Source: Eledone cirrhosa (taxonomy: Eukaryota). Taken from it: a DNA stretch of 64,000 bases. How positions within the stretch are numbered: position 1 is the stretch's first letter; each line of letters opens with the position of its first letter. The notes under the pieces were generated by a model. That model saw only the letters and a program-made list of their open reading frames with translations. It had not been told where the DNA came from and made no database searches. This document shows positions 27,409 to 41,447 of this stretch, in pieces. Both the position numbers and the translations under genes were made by a program. Where the stretch lies: contig OZ024742.1 in NCBI GenBank assembly GCA_964016885.1, positions 146,134,001 to 146,198,000 of the forward strand, written 5' to 3'.

Positions 27409-29037
27409 AATACATATTCAATTTAAGTTTGATGGTTGAACTAATTGGTAGATCTGGCCATTCCAATTAGCAGATCTTGATGCAATAAGCAAAAGCACTC
27501 AACGTTATGTGTGTCATCCATCGTAGATGTGGTATCTCACAGTTGGTGCAGGAACAGAGTTAAATACTTCAATGAAAACAGAAGGCTGGATTCCAGATAT
27601 TACTTCAATGTGGCAAAAATCACAATACGTATTTCTATGGCCAACTTATATCATCAGATTATAATGTAAGACTTATGGCGATGTCAGCAGGTGTAAACTT
27701 GAAAGATTAAATAATCAATTACTGGATTGTGGCAAACATAAACAGAGAATAGATTCGAAGATGGCATGCCACCTTGTGTTATTGCTATGACAAACTGCCT
27801 CTGAATGCCACACACTCGACAATGCTAAGTATAGTTGATTCGTAGGCTCAACCTTCGTGTTTGTCTATATTTCTTAACTTACTCTCTCTCTTCTTCTCTG
27901 TTCATTGAGTCTATCTTTTTAAGACTTAATGTCCAAACAAATGGAAAATAATTTTATTAATGTTTGCATATTCCCTATCTCTTCTCCTTCTTTGCTAATC
28001 AATATTTTGAGCCTTCTCAATATCTTTTCAGTTGCAGATCATGGGTTAGTGGCACATATTCTCTGTTATTTGTAAATAGTCATTACGACTATCATCTTAT
28101 CATTTGTCCATTGTGTACTAGAGCCAGTTGTATTGATCTTAAAGCACTGAAACAACGTATCTCTAGCAGTCGACTTATGAGATGGGACTACCGTATTCAT
28201 TTATATTCCTGCTTTTGCCTATATTTTTTTTATTCATTATACACTCTCTTTCCTGCTGTCATGTGATTGCACACCTGTGAACTTTATTTTTGAACATTTG
28301 AATTTTTTTTTAATAACTATGTTCAAGCACGTTTCTTTGCTCCTTTGACCTCTTCTTTTGATTACATTGTATCTTTGTGTGATGGATAGATAGATGTCCA
28401 GTCTTTCTCTGGCCAAGAGCGGTTGGCTACCTTGATATCTATCATTGATTTTTGCATGCTTATATTTTGTTGTTTTGCTTTTATTGCAAACATTTTTTTT
28501 GTAATTTTCATGCCTGGACTTTGGTGTTACATGCTCGCCATCTTACTTCATACATGGCGCTCTCTAGACAGGAAGTAGCGGGAGTTATTCCCGTTGAGGT
28601 GGCAGAACCTTCTTTGTCACTTCCGTCCTGGGACCCTATAAAGGAGATAGCTGAAAGCTGTCTCCCGCTCTCTTTTAACCTGCCTGGCCCCTATACTCTC
28701 TGGCAACCTAAACATGGTAATGAAAAGACCTCTTGGTCTCAATGCGCGCTGACTTCAAAACGGTAATACAACTAACTTTAATTCATCCTTTCATCTCTCT
28801 TGGCATGTCAACTATTCTGCTCTACATAGCTCAACCTTGTTAAATAAATATTGTACATACAACCGAGTGTTCCTTTTATATTCATACAACTCAGTGTAAC
28901 CTCTGTTATACATACACACATGTATATCATGACTCATACACTTTTCACTTCCCTGACATTTGTGTATTATTCTATGTACTATACAGGCACCTTTGACGAG
29001 TTGTAGTGCACCTGAGCACTTTACACAATAATTTCAT

Positions 29038-29147
<110 letters not shown>

Positions 29148-29294
29148 AGTGTATGGAGACCATATGTTGTTTGATTATGAAAAATAGTCTAAGTTGGGTA
29201 TATAAACTTAGACTATTTTTCATTGTCAAACAAGATTGATGCTTCTAACTTTCAAATTAAAAAAACTATTACTCAACGGTTCTAAAAATGGATT

Positions 29295-29369
<75 letters not shown>

Positions 29370-29824
29370 CAAGCATGTTTATATATGTGTACATATATTA
29401 TCATCATCATCATTTAACATCTGTTTTTCCATGCTAGCATGAGCTGGAAGTGTTGTCACAGATCAAGTCAGTACATAATCATAGCTACTGTCCTCAGATT
29501 ATTTGAGGGCCACATCTCCCTTACATAACATTCATATTCGGTATTGTTTCTACAGCTGGACGCCCTTCCTAATGCCAAACATTTTACGTAGTGTACTGGG
29601 TGCATTTTATGTATAATGTTTATGAGTCTGAAAATATATGCCTTGAGTTATTTCCCTTGAGCCAACTTTTTTTGCATGACTGAAACTCCTTTAATATGTG
29701 TGTGAATGTATGTATGTATGTATGTATGTATGTATGTATGTATGTATGTATGTATGTATGTATGTATGTATGTATGTATGCATGTATGTATGTATGTATG
29801 TATGTATGTATGTATGTATGTATG

Positions 29825-30929
29825 TTCTTCTGGTTTTATAATTTCACAAAGTTTTACCAATAGAGAGAGAGTCAGTTTCTAACATAGACACAAGACTCTC
29901 TCATTGGACTTTACACAACATCAACTAGGTAGATATGTATGTATGCATGTGTAGATATGGATGTTATTGTATGTGTGGATGTGTATGTTTTGAGTTGTAT
30001 GTGTGCATGTGTATATGCTTTGTATCTGTACATGTGTATATGCAGTTATTAGATGCAACATTTTTGGAATGTTTTACATATTTTTACTGTTCCATTAATG
30101 GATTGTACTTGTAATTTCCTAACTAGTTGTGTTCTTTCTGTTCCTGTGAAGCCTAGCTTCTCAAGATTTGTATTGAGGCAGTTACTAACATACCCCAGTG
30201 CCCCAATAATCCCAGGCATAAATCTGAAGGTGTAATCAGGGTGGAGTATCTGCAGATTTCTCATCAGTTCTGCATAAATATTCTCCTTTTCACTAATCTT
30301 TGATATGATATTGGCATCTGCTGGGCAGCTAATTTCCACTACTGTGCATGTTTTCTTCTCCCTGTCCCATATCATAATATCTGGTCTGTTATGCCTGCAT
30401 TTTATTGGGGTTTTTACTGGAACATTCCACCAGTACTCTTTCATATTACGTACATGGATGTCTTCCACATTGCTGTAGCTTTTAATGTGTTTATTATCGG
30501 GGCTATCTTTTTCACGAACTGCATTGTACAGTGTTTTGGCCTCTACATCATGCCTCATAGTTGGTAGATAGTACCGCGATGACATCTTTGGACAGCTGCT
30601 GATGACATGGGTGATATCCTCGATGTTAGTTCTGCAGAGTCTGCACTTGTTATCACATCTAGGTGTTTTGCCTGCATCCCTATCTCTTTTGTGAATCAGG
30701 TATATCGTGCTAATCTCCTGTTCCTGGATTGCAAAAGCGTATCCTTCAAAGTGGGAGCCAATATAGCGGTTGTTGGTCCAAGATAGACTACTTTCCTTAT
30801 CTATATTACTCTCACTCTGGAGCTTCCTGGCAACATATCCATGCATGATTTTTTGCTGATAGGCATGGATTCACTGCGAAACTGCTGAGCGACATCCCTG
30901 GGTGTGAGTTTTTGATTCTCACACAGGGA

Positions 30930-30930
<1 letters not shown>
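29825..30930 (-). mobile_element. 5'-truncated REL-type (R4-like) retrotransposon inserted in a (CATA)n microsatellite
   Basis: ORF 30049-30846 has CRLC...EDITHVISSC, RHD, RPDIMI..EISCP..EK..Y and IIGALG; (TATG)n tracts lie on both sides. Confidence 0.85.
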
Positions 30931-30962
<32 letters not shown>

Positions 30963-31377
30963 TGTATGTATGTACTGACGCATGTATGTACGTAATTATG
31001 TGCGTACGTACGCTTATATATGTGTAAGTGTGCGCGCGTGTGTGTGTGTGTGTGCCTGCAGGTATGTATGTACACATATATGAGCATGTATGAAGTGTAT
31101 GCTGCATAAACAGAGATCTCACTGGTAAGTGTTTGGGTGTATGAAGGTCCCTGTCTTACTTAAAAAGAAACAAACAAAAAAGCAAAACAAGTGAGTTTTG
31201 GCATCAGAAAAAGCATCTGCTCATAAAACTGGGCCTCGAAATGTCTCATCCAACTCATGCCAACATAAAAAATTGATGTAAATCTGATGTATGTTCTAAT
31301 TATTCAGTTAATGTTTGAACATTTTATGTATACATATGTATACATAAAAGAACACCCTCAGTCTCTCTCTATCCCCC

Positions 31378-31423
<46 letters not shown>

Positions 31424-31476
31424 TAATAAAAACAATGAAATAAAACAAAGAACAGGTTCCTTATATTGAAAGAAAA

Positions 31477-31617
31477 TCATCATTTTACGATCGTTTCTGG
31501 GATATATATGTGTGTTGGTATGTATATCATATTAAAGATCTATGTAAAAAAATATTACAAATTATCAGAGGAGTTATACATACTTTCACCTATACATGCC
31601 ATCTTCAGAAATGATGA
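31477..31617 (-). ncRNA. Hammerhead motif with a long (about 100 nt) stem II insertion
   Basis: ucaucauuu-CUGAAGA-ugg...cca-GAAA-cgaucg-UA-aaaugauga; 9-bp stem I and palindromic CGAUCG. Confidence 0.7.
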
Positions 31618-31652
31618 AGTATGTTTATTGTGTGTGTGTGTGTGTGTATGTA

Positions 31653-31741
<89 letters not shown>

Positions 31742-32056
31742 TCATCATCATCGTTTAACGACCATCTTCCACGCTTGCATGGGTTTGGATGGGAGTTTTC
31801 CCACTTGAGGCAAGATTTGTTGTCCTGCTCGTATAGGATTGTCTGGCGGGTTTTCTACGGCTGGATGCCCTTCCTAACACCAACTACGTTTACAGTGTGG
31901 ACTGGGAGGTTTTTACCGTGTTACCTACACGGCCACATTACAGCGTGGACTGTGTGTTTTTTTGTCGTGACACCTACACGATCTCATTTGTTTCGGACTA
32001 GACGTTGTGGTACCAACATAACTTCACATTTAATATATATATATATATATATATAT

Positions 32057-32610
32057 ATCATCATCATCATCATCATCAGGTTTAGCGTCCGTGTTCCACG
32101 CTTGCATGGGTTTGGACGGGGGTTTTCTTGCTCGCATAGGACTATCTGGCGGGTTTTCTACAGTTGGATGCCCTTCCTAACACCAACCACATTTACAGTG
32201 TGGGGCTGGGAGGTTTTTACCGTGTTGCCTACACGGCCACATTACAGTGTGGACTGTCTGGCGGGTTTTCTACAGCTGGATGCCCTTCCTAACACCAACC
32301 ACATTTACAGTGTGGGGCTGGGAGGTTTTTACCGTGTTGCCTACACGGCCACATTACAGTGTGGACTGTCTGGCGGGTTTTCTACAGCTGGATGCCCTTC
32401 CTAACACCAACCACATTTACAGTGTGGGGCTGGGAGGTTTTTACCGTGTTGCCTACACGGCCACATTACAGCGTGGACTGTGTGTTTTTTTGTCGTGACA
32501 CCTACACGATCTCATTTGTTTCGGCCTGGATGTTGTGGGACCAACATAACTTTGAAGGGGTTGGGGTTATGTTGGCCATCCGCGGCCGCAACAAAGAGGG
32601 TGGGGCTTTG
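32057..32610 (-). mobile_element. Internally deleted RTE derivative with a 112-bp triplication
   Basis: RTE 3' UTR with unit starts at 32139, 32251 and 32363, joined to ggggttatgttggccatccgcggccgcaacaaagagg, which matches the RTE 5' region at 7851-7888. Confidence 0.75.
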
Positions 32611-32624
32611 TATATATATATATA

Positions 32625-32893
32625 TATATAAGTATGTACACGTACATACATATATGTATACAGACGTACAGTAGTATGTATATATATATATATACATACA
32701 TGCAAACGAGCAACGATGGTTGCTGGACACTACGGCTTAATACGGGATGTTTGTTTACAAACACACCGAGCATTATAATAAATGTTCGGTGAATCCATAC
32801 GTACATATATATATGTGTGCATGTATGTATATATATATACATACTACTGTACATCTGTATACATATATGTATGTACGTGTACATACTTATATT
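32625..32893. repeat. Inverted repeat with arms of about 75 bp
   Basis: ataagtatgtacacgtacatac...catacatgca versus tgcatgtatg...gtacgtgtacatacttat. Confidence 0.75.
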
Positions 32894-32944
32894 TAAGTAA
32901 CAGCCGTACTAAGAGTGGGAAATGAAATTTCGTTTCATTTTTTC

Positions 32945-32990
<46 letters not shown>

Positions 32991-32999
32991 TATATATAT

Positions 33000-33036
<37 letters not shown>

Positions 33037-33040
33037 CTTA

Positions 33041-33371
33041 TAATATATAAGATCAAAAGATGGTTAAAGGAGTTCCATGTATTTTATTATGCGCATTTCA
33101 AAAACAAACATCATCATGCCATAATATTTGTGTTTTCATCAGATAAAACAGGAGAACATGATATGAAGGCTAAAAAACACTTGTGGATAGTGCAGTTTTA
33201 AATCAACATATACTATCTGCACTATCCACAAGTGTTTTTTAGCCTTCATATCATGTTCTTCTGTTTTATCTGATGAAAACACAAATATTATTGCATGATG
33301 ATGTTTGTTTTTGAAATGCGCATAATAAAATACATGGAACTCCTTTAACCATCTTTTGATCTTATATATTA
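33041..33371. repeat. About 330-bp palindrome with a hammerhead in each arm
   Basis: About 155-bp arms around a 20-nt spacer, adjacent to (TA)n. Confidence 0.93.
33263..33331 (+). ncRNA. Hammerhead motif (mirror copy at 33081-33149 on the minus strand)
   Basis: guuuuau-CUGAUGA-aaacacaaauauu...auguuuguuuuu-GAAA-ugcgca-UA-auaaaau; palindromic UGCGCA. Confidence 0.75.
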
Positions 33372-35412
33372 TGTATACTCCAGTCCTACAAACTGTAGAG
33401 TGCTTCTTATCCGATATCTGCATTGCTTTATTGTACTACAATAAAACTCACCTCCTACATATATATACTTATATATATATACATATACATATACACACCT
33501 ACACACACACACATATATATATATATATGACATGGGCAGTGAATGTGGAAGATGTGTGAAGGCTGGAGAGAAATGAAACAAATATGCGCCAGTGGATGGG
33601 TAATATTAATGCACATGAATGACAAAGCTGAAAGAAAAGCTGAACACATGTTGTATGCTGAAGCATAGATTGCACTGGTCTGGACATGTAGTGTGGTTGG
33701 ATGATTGCTGGGTGAATAAGTGCTAGTAGTTCCAAGTGGAAGGAGGCTAAGGAAGAGCAAGACCAAGAAAAATATGAGCAAGGGAGTAAAAGTAGATCTC
33801 AAGAGATTATATCTCATGAAGGAAATAACAAAAGAAAGAAATAAATGGAAAGATTCTGTACTGGAAAGGACTCAGCCTCATCTAAGCATGGAAAAGAACA
33901 GACTTAATGATGATATATGGATGAGGCTAGCATGCTCTGGTGGATGTACAATGTTAGAGTACATGAATGACTTGAATGATGACAAAACACAGAAGAGCTG
34001 ATAGAAAAGAAAATAAACACACGCACACACATAAAAACAAAAACACAACTGGATATAAGAGGAATCAGATGTAGTGTGCAAGCAAGAAAGAAGACTCTTA
34101 GTACGGACATGTAATGTGAATGGAGGATGTCAGAGATATATATACAGACATGCATAAGTATAAACAGATATATGTATGACCATATATGTAAACACATACA
34201 CATACACACACATGCACACCGACATATATACAGAGTGTCCCCCAAAAATGTATGCATACCTTGATTACCTATACAGGCAATATTGATTAGAATGCTGTTA
34301 AAGTGAGTATACAGCCAGGGAAACAAAACTTAGAATCAAAAGCGCTTAGATTTAAGTTGGCAAAAGTAAGTAGAAAAGAAGACTGGACACTGATTTCTCT
34401 AGGGAAGTGGTCTTGCTAGATATGTAGAAAAAGTGATGGTAGAACTTGATGTGCTCAATGTAACTCTTATGTACACAAGGGGTGTAGTAGGATAGCAGAC
34501 AGACTAACAGAAAAGGTAGACTTTGTATGTTGTAGATGTACAGAGATAGTTATTTGTAAGAGAGATTCAAAGAAATATTCTTTTTCCAATTGCAGGAAAA
34601 CTCCATAGAAGTGGTTGATAGCTTCTGTTACCTATGTGGAGGAGTTTGGTCTGAGAGTATAGTAGCCAGAATAAGAAAAAAGAGGAAAATGTTTAGAAGG
34701 CTACAAGGTTGTGCTGGAAAGGACCTATCCAACCCATGCTAACATGAAAAAAAAAGGGACATAGAAGGTTGATGATGGTGATAATGATGATGATGATGAT
34801 GATGATGATAATGATGATATACAGCCACACACACTCACACATACATACATATTCACACATACATATATCCATTCATAGACAGACACACACAAATGTGAAA
34901 CCCTTTTCTACTTTTTCCTAAATGTGAAACTAATAAGACTTTGTGTTTCCGACATATACACTCATAGATAAATGCATGTATTTGAAAATAAGTGAATGAG
35001 TGTGAACATATTTCTATGGATATTTTTATGAATTTCTGCATACATGCACACGTTCACACATGGAATATGAAAACAGCAGAATTTTCAGTAAATCTCTTCA
35101 TAGATGTAATAATGAAATAAAAGGAATATAATGGAATATGTAACTGTAATATATTTTAATTGTCATAGGATAGAAACAACTTCTAACCGTTACAATAATA
35201 AAGAATATATTTATATTTATTGCAGGAAATATAGCATAGAAAATATGCTTATAGAAAATGTTATGTATAATGAATGCATATAATAAAACAGCACTAAAGA
35301 ATATATTTATATATATCATCGAAAATATCACATAGATTATATAAAATTTAATATCTATTATAGAAAATATATTATAGAAAAGAATATATGTATATATGTG
35401 TGTGTGTATATA

Positions 35413-35531
35413 CAAGGTGTCCCCATAAATGTATACACACTTTGATTACTTGTACATGTAATATTTATTAGAATGCTGTTTGTTGAAGTGTGTATACATT
35501 TTTTTTTTTGGGGGGGGGGGGAGACATCCTG
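35413..35531. mobile_element. Tc1/mariner-type MITE remnant
   Basis: TA|CAAGGTGTCCCC..aatgtatacacactt ... aagtgtgtatacatt..GGGAGACATCCTG; a partial copy lies near 34230-34312. Confidence 0.55.
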
Positions 35532-37445
35532 TGTATATATATACAGATATATATATATATTTACTAAAGAACATATTTATATATATCATAGAAAATATAA
35601 CAGGTTATTTAGAATACAGAAAATATATTATAGAAAATGATTTATACATAATGACTACATGTATTAAAACAGCAGTATTTATTTATAACAATTGTGGTAA
35701 CCAGTCATATAGAAGTTGCTAATAACCTTCTATAGAAGTTGCTAATAACCTTCTATAGAAGTTGCTAATAACCTTCAGATAATTAGGTGCATGAAAGAAC
35801 ATGGGCTAGTGTTAAGAGTAATGAGCTCACATCAGGAGTTCAATCCCTCGAGGGTTGAAACATTGTATGCTTGACAATATCACTTTATTTCACTTTGCTC
35901 CAGCCTACTTCATAGGTAAAAATGAATTGTGATGATGCTGGTGCCAAGCTGAATTGGCCTTTGCCTTTTCCTTGGACTACATTGGGGACAAGGAGAGGGA
36001 ATCTGGCATGCAGGGCCAACAGCTTGTCTTCCCCAAAAACACATTGATCAAGCATGTACTTTGGAGAGGAACATTTCAGGTGCATGTGTGTGCCTTTAAG
36101 TGCATGTATGTATCTTTAAGTGCATGTGTGTGTCTTTAAGTGCATGTGTGTGTGTCTTTAAGTGTGCACATGCACGTGTATTTGTGTGTATGGAAAGAGG
36201 GACTGACATGAATGGAAATCTGCTGATCAGCCACAAAACATTTTCTCAGGCTGGCACCTTGAAAATGAGCATTCCAGGGGCATGATCAATTATGACTGAG
36301 GGAGCTCATGGCAATTAGGTGTGTTGTGTGTCAGATTAAGCATTTTACAATATTCAGTTTTTCTCAAATATTTTGAAATAAAATCTCACCAGGGTCTAAT
36401 ATTCTCATCCTTCTCTGGGTGATATATAGCTACTGGTCATTTAATGACCAGCTTCTTTAACAATCACTCACACTTATATATTGATATATATTTGTATATT
36501 GAAATGTTATGTCTACTTAATTTCACTAACAAGGCTTCTTTGTATCATAGAACCAGGGGTGGTTTCAGGCTGTTTGGTATCAAAAGGGTTAAGTGAGCAA
36601 TATCACAGACAATGAAACAAAGAATTCAAGATTTCCAGCCATCCAGCCATTCAATGAGCAGCATTGTACTCTGTCCATGGTCAAAACACATAACATTGAA
36701 ATAGTTCACATTAAAGTCTGTCTTAAGCCAGAAGGCTCATTAGGTCGGTACTTATCTCGGTTTCATGGTGTGAAGCGACTGACAGTACAAGACTTTGCCC
36801 TGGAGAGGACACCAGTCCATCACAGGGTTAAACCCCCAGCTATTGCTGGTACTCATTTACAGCTGAGTATACTGGAGCAAAGTTAAATGAAGTGTTTTTC
36901 TCAAGAACACAACATGCAACCCAGTCCAGGAATCAAACCCATGACATTATGATTGTAAGTCCAATACCCTTACCTCTAGGTCATGCACCTCCACATAGTT
37001 CACATTAAATATGTGCCATAGGTAGGACTTACTGAACAGCTGGAACACTATATAATTTATAAATGCTTCATTAGATCAAATTCTCCCATGTGTATAAGGC
37101 ACTGCAAGGCTGATTTACTCTAGATTCTCTAAAAACATATATTATAATGGGTTACAAGACTTACTCTTACACACACATATTTGGTTGATTTCACTAATAA
37201 ATATTTCCAAGTACTAATTCAATAATTATTGGTGATAGCAACAGCATTACCAATTAAAATCTGCATGTTGAAAAAAAGATAATAATTAACATAATGTTAT
37301 TTATTTATTTACTTTAAATCTCTGAGAAATATAAGGAGATAATAAACATTAAAACATTATTTAATGTTTGTTTTGAACACATATAAGAAGTTAAACATTA
37401 GAAAATAATAATGGTTTTTGATTTAAGCACAAGCCAGCAATTTAA

Positions 37446-37668
37446 CCCTTTAGCATTTAAACCTGCTGTATCCAACCAGAATTCTCTCATCTCTTTCTGT
37501 TCAAACTGGCCGTAACTGGCCATTCATACTGATATTAAGGTATTGTTCTCAAAATAAATAATATCAAAATCTCATAGATTCGATATTATGTAAGATATGT
37601 AAAATAAAACCTTCACTTTTACCACGAAAATACAATAGTATATATAGAGTAATGTAAATGCTAAGGGG
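37446..37668. mobile_element. piggyBac-type MITE, empty copy
   Basis: TTAA|CCCTTTAGCATTTA...TAAATGCTAAGGGG; colinear with 13757-14334 once the SINEs are removed. Confidence 0.7.
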
Positions 37669-38196
37669 AACAGAAATTGGATCATAATAACCCCAGTACT
37701 CAACTGGTAAACTATTTCATCTACGCCCCCCCATGGGAAAAATGAAAGACAACGTTGACTTGATTTCTTTATGTTCTGAATTCAGAGCATAAAGAGCCCA
37801 AAAAATACTTTAAAGCACTGCTAAGTTATGGAACATAGACACAAATGTAAACCCAGTCACATACACACACACAAACACATATATATATAAATATGTGAAT
37901 TTTGTATATCTAATGATATACAGTATGTTTATGGATAAACATTTGAAAGCCTTTTAGCTATGAATTTTGGAAGCTGATGGCTAGTGCCATCTAGTGAATT
38001 CCAGCAGAAGCAAGACATTGTAACTATCGACGATCGTTTCTGGCTTTAATTCTCTCTCTATGTGTAGAAATGTCCATGATCTCCAGCAAACAACTGATGA
38101 AAGGGAAATTATCCCCTGTTCGTGATTTCCTCTTATTTATAAATACACTTTATCCAGCAACAACACAGCCCCTGTTCCTTCACAATTTGTTATATA

Positions 38197-38269
<73 letters not shown>

Positions 38270-41159
38270 AAGGCGGGTAAAATTCCCGAGATCCATGGAC
38301 GAGTTCTCTCTAGCGGCCTCTGTCCCTCATTATCGCTGCCATATATATATATATATATATACACAACTGGCTTCTGCAGACTCTATCTACCAAATTTCAC
38401 CCAGAAGACATGGGTTAATTCAAAGCTATAGTAGAAGACCAAGGTGCTATGCAGCATAACTGAACCTAGAACCACATGGTTGTGAAAACAAATATTGTGT
38501 ATTATATATAATCAGGGTTACTCTAAGAAAGTAGTATGAAATTGAGAAATTTTTAAGGAAAGTTTTGTTAATACATTTCTAGAGTGTGTTTTTACATTCT
38601 GAGTTCAAATTCTGCTGAGGTCAACTTTGCTTTTCATCCTTCCAAGGTCAATAAATTAAAGTATCAGTCAAATACTGGGGTTGATATAATCAGCATTTCT
38701 TTCCTTTAAAACTGCTTGCCTTGTGCCAAATTAAAAAAAAACGTACTTCCAATGAAATATCCTGCCTATGTGTTTCAATTAATTTTCAAAATAATTGAGC
38801 AAAATAACTAACTTTGGAGCATCTTTTAGCTTTCATTTTCATTTCCATATTTCCCATTAATAATGTTTCAATTAATAATGAAAATAATACAAATTTTAGA
38901 GGAGTTTAGAATATGACTAACTTTCTTATTAGTAAGCTGGTTTTTGGAACATAATTGAATAAAAATGCTTAACACAAAATTGTGATGGAAGGTATTACTA
39001 TAAGTATGAAAAACAGGCAGTTTTGTATCATAGAACCAGGGGCGATTTAAGGCAAGTTGCTAATGAAAGGGTTAATACAAATTTCTTAAATAGAATTAAG
39101 ATGGAAGGTTTTAATGCAGGTTTGACTATTTTTAAATGGTGGCTTTTATATCATAAAAACTAGGGCAGCTTATGGCAGGTTGGTATCAAGTGGATTAATA
39201 AAACTAAGAAAAATAATATCACAAAATATTAAAAATCCTTTTTGTAATTACTAATTGGTGAAATCTTAATGGAAGATGTGAATCTCATGAAAACGGTCAC
39301 TAGATGGAATTGAATTACTTAAAGACTGGAAACAGAAGCTAATTATTTTAAAAACTGTTTCTCACCTAAACTATATTAAGAGACCAGAAGAATTATAAAA
39401 TCACTGAACAGATTTGTTTAACCTAATTTGTGGGACGAAGAAATCCTGGATGTACTAATTAAGATCTAGAATTATATGATTGATCTACAAAGATGCTTTT
39501 CTCTCTCTCTCTCTCACTCTTTCCTTCTTTCTCTCACTCTCTCTCTATCTTTGTTTCTTTTCTCTCTCTTTCTGTTCCCTTCTCTCATTCTCTCTCTATC
39601 TCTAACTGTCTCTCTCATATTTCTATCTTTCTCTCATTCTCCCTTCACTCTCTAAATCCTCCCTATCTCTCTCTTATTCTTTTTCTATATTTTGTTCTCT
39701 CCATCCTCTCTCATTCTCTCTTTCTCTTATCTTTCCCCTCTTTCTCCTATTTCTCTCCTTCTTCCTTTCTATCTCAGCCTCCCCTCTCATCTGCCCTCTC
39801 AACCATACAGAACAGAATTTGTTTCATGCCTTCAACTCATTTTCTGTTGTTTTTTTTTAATTATTTTATTATTATTACTTTTTCATCTAAAGGAATTTCA
39901 CAAATGAATGCTTTTTTTAGTTCTAATTTGATTGAAAAGTTGATGAAATTTGTGTTTACATTTTCCAAATATTCTGTGAAAGTCTGTCTTAATTAATGTC
40001 CATTGAAATATTCTGAGAAGGCAAAATTACTTTAGTGCCTTCAAATATATGAAATATATGTTAGCTTTTGCCAGGGAAATTTTGGAAATGTTCATATTTT
40101 TTCCACTTCATATCCTTAACAATTTCTGTTTCAAGCATTTTGATATCCAAAATAAAATTTTATATAATTTTATATCAAAAATTCTGCTTTTCAAGTGCAG
40201 ACATGGCTATGTGGATAAGGAGTTTGCTTCACAACAATATAGTTTCAAGTTCGTTCCCATTGGCATCTCGGGCAAGTGTCTTCTCATATAGCTTTATGTT
40301 TTCTAATGCCTTGTGAGCAAAATTTCATTGACAGCAATTACAGAAGCCTATTGTGTGTGTATGCTTATGTCCTGTAACTTAATGGTTCAATAAAACGAGA
40401 TCAATAAAATAAGGACCAGACATGAATTGATCAAATCCTTTAAAGGTGATAAACCAGCATGGCTGCAGTCTAATGACTGAAACAAGTAAAAGAATTGCAG
40501 AATAAACGTAAGAATACATATTTTCTACTACTATGTTGAGAAAAAATGAAATACATTGGTGCATGTTTAATGATTTTAGACTCAGTATGGGCATTTGCAC
40601 CACTCTCATTGTATTCTTTTTGAAACTATTAGAAACATGCTTTGACAAGTATTCCAGAACTGAAAGGCTGTCTGCCTAAAATGTTTTCCTTAATATTCCT
40701 TCATCTTTTTGTTCTTTCTGCCATTCTCATTCTATTTGCTGAAGAAAGACTTAGTCCGAAACATCAACAATATTATTTTCAGTTTTCCTGAGAATAAATT
40801 TAATGTCTTTAGTTTCTATCTTATTCTGTCTTGCTATTGATATTTGTTTTCTGATTTTCAATCACCATCATCCTCAATACTCATTTATGTTTGTTTTCCA
40901 TGCTGAAATGTGTTGGACCATTAAGCGTAATAGGAGTTTAAATGAAAATATATACTAATTTTTTTTTATATAATAAACATGGTGACCTTGCTATTAATGA
41001 AAAAATCTCTTTTCATAACGAAAAATTATTTTTCTTTATTTTTCTCTGTGAACACACCACAGAGTGGCAGTAGCAATCGAGAATGCCAGGCAGCATTGTT
41101 TCAAGATTTGTTAATCTTTCATCAGTGACATTCACTCATCTGGAACTGACATGGAAATA

Positions 41160-41447
41160 GTCTAAAAAGTCTAAAGTCTGTCTTAAGCCAGAAGGCTCAT
41201 TTGGCCGGTGCTTATCCCGGTTTCATGGCGTGAAGCGACTGAGAGTACAAGACTACCCCCTGGACAGGACACCAGTCCATCGCAAGGTTAAACCTCCAGC
41301 TATTGCTGGTTCTCATTTTCAGCTGAGTATACTGGAGCAACATGAAATGAAGTGAATTGCTCAAGAACACAACACGCAACCCAGGAATCGAACCCACAAC
41401 ATTATGATCGTAAGTCCAACACCCTTGCCACTAGGCCACATGCCTCC
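41160..41447 (-). mobile_element. tRNA-derived SINE, family 2
   Basis: A-box TGGCCTAGTGG, B-box GGTTCGATTCC and central gtgttcttgagcaa..cacttcatttca..ttgctccag; second copy at 36712-36995, older copy near 10030-10220. Confidence 0.8.

Noticed and set aside
28376-28912. Possible solo LTR (TATA-like ctataaa, aataaa, TG...CA)
   Set aside because: Termini and TSD could not be defined, and it is single-copy in the window
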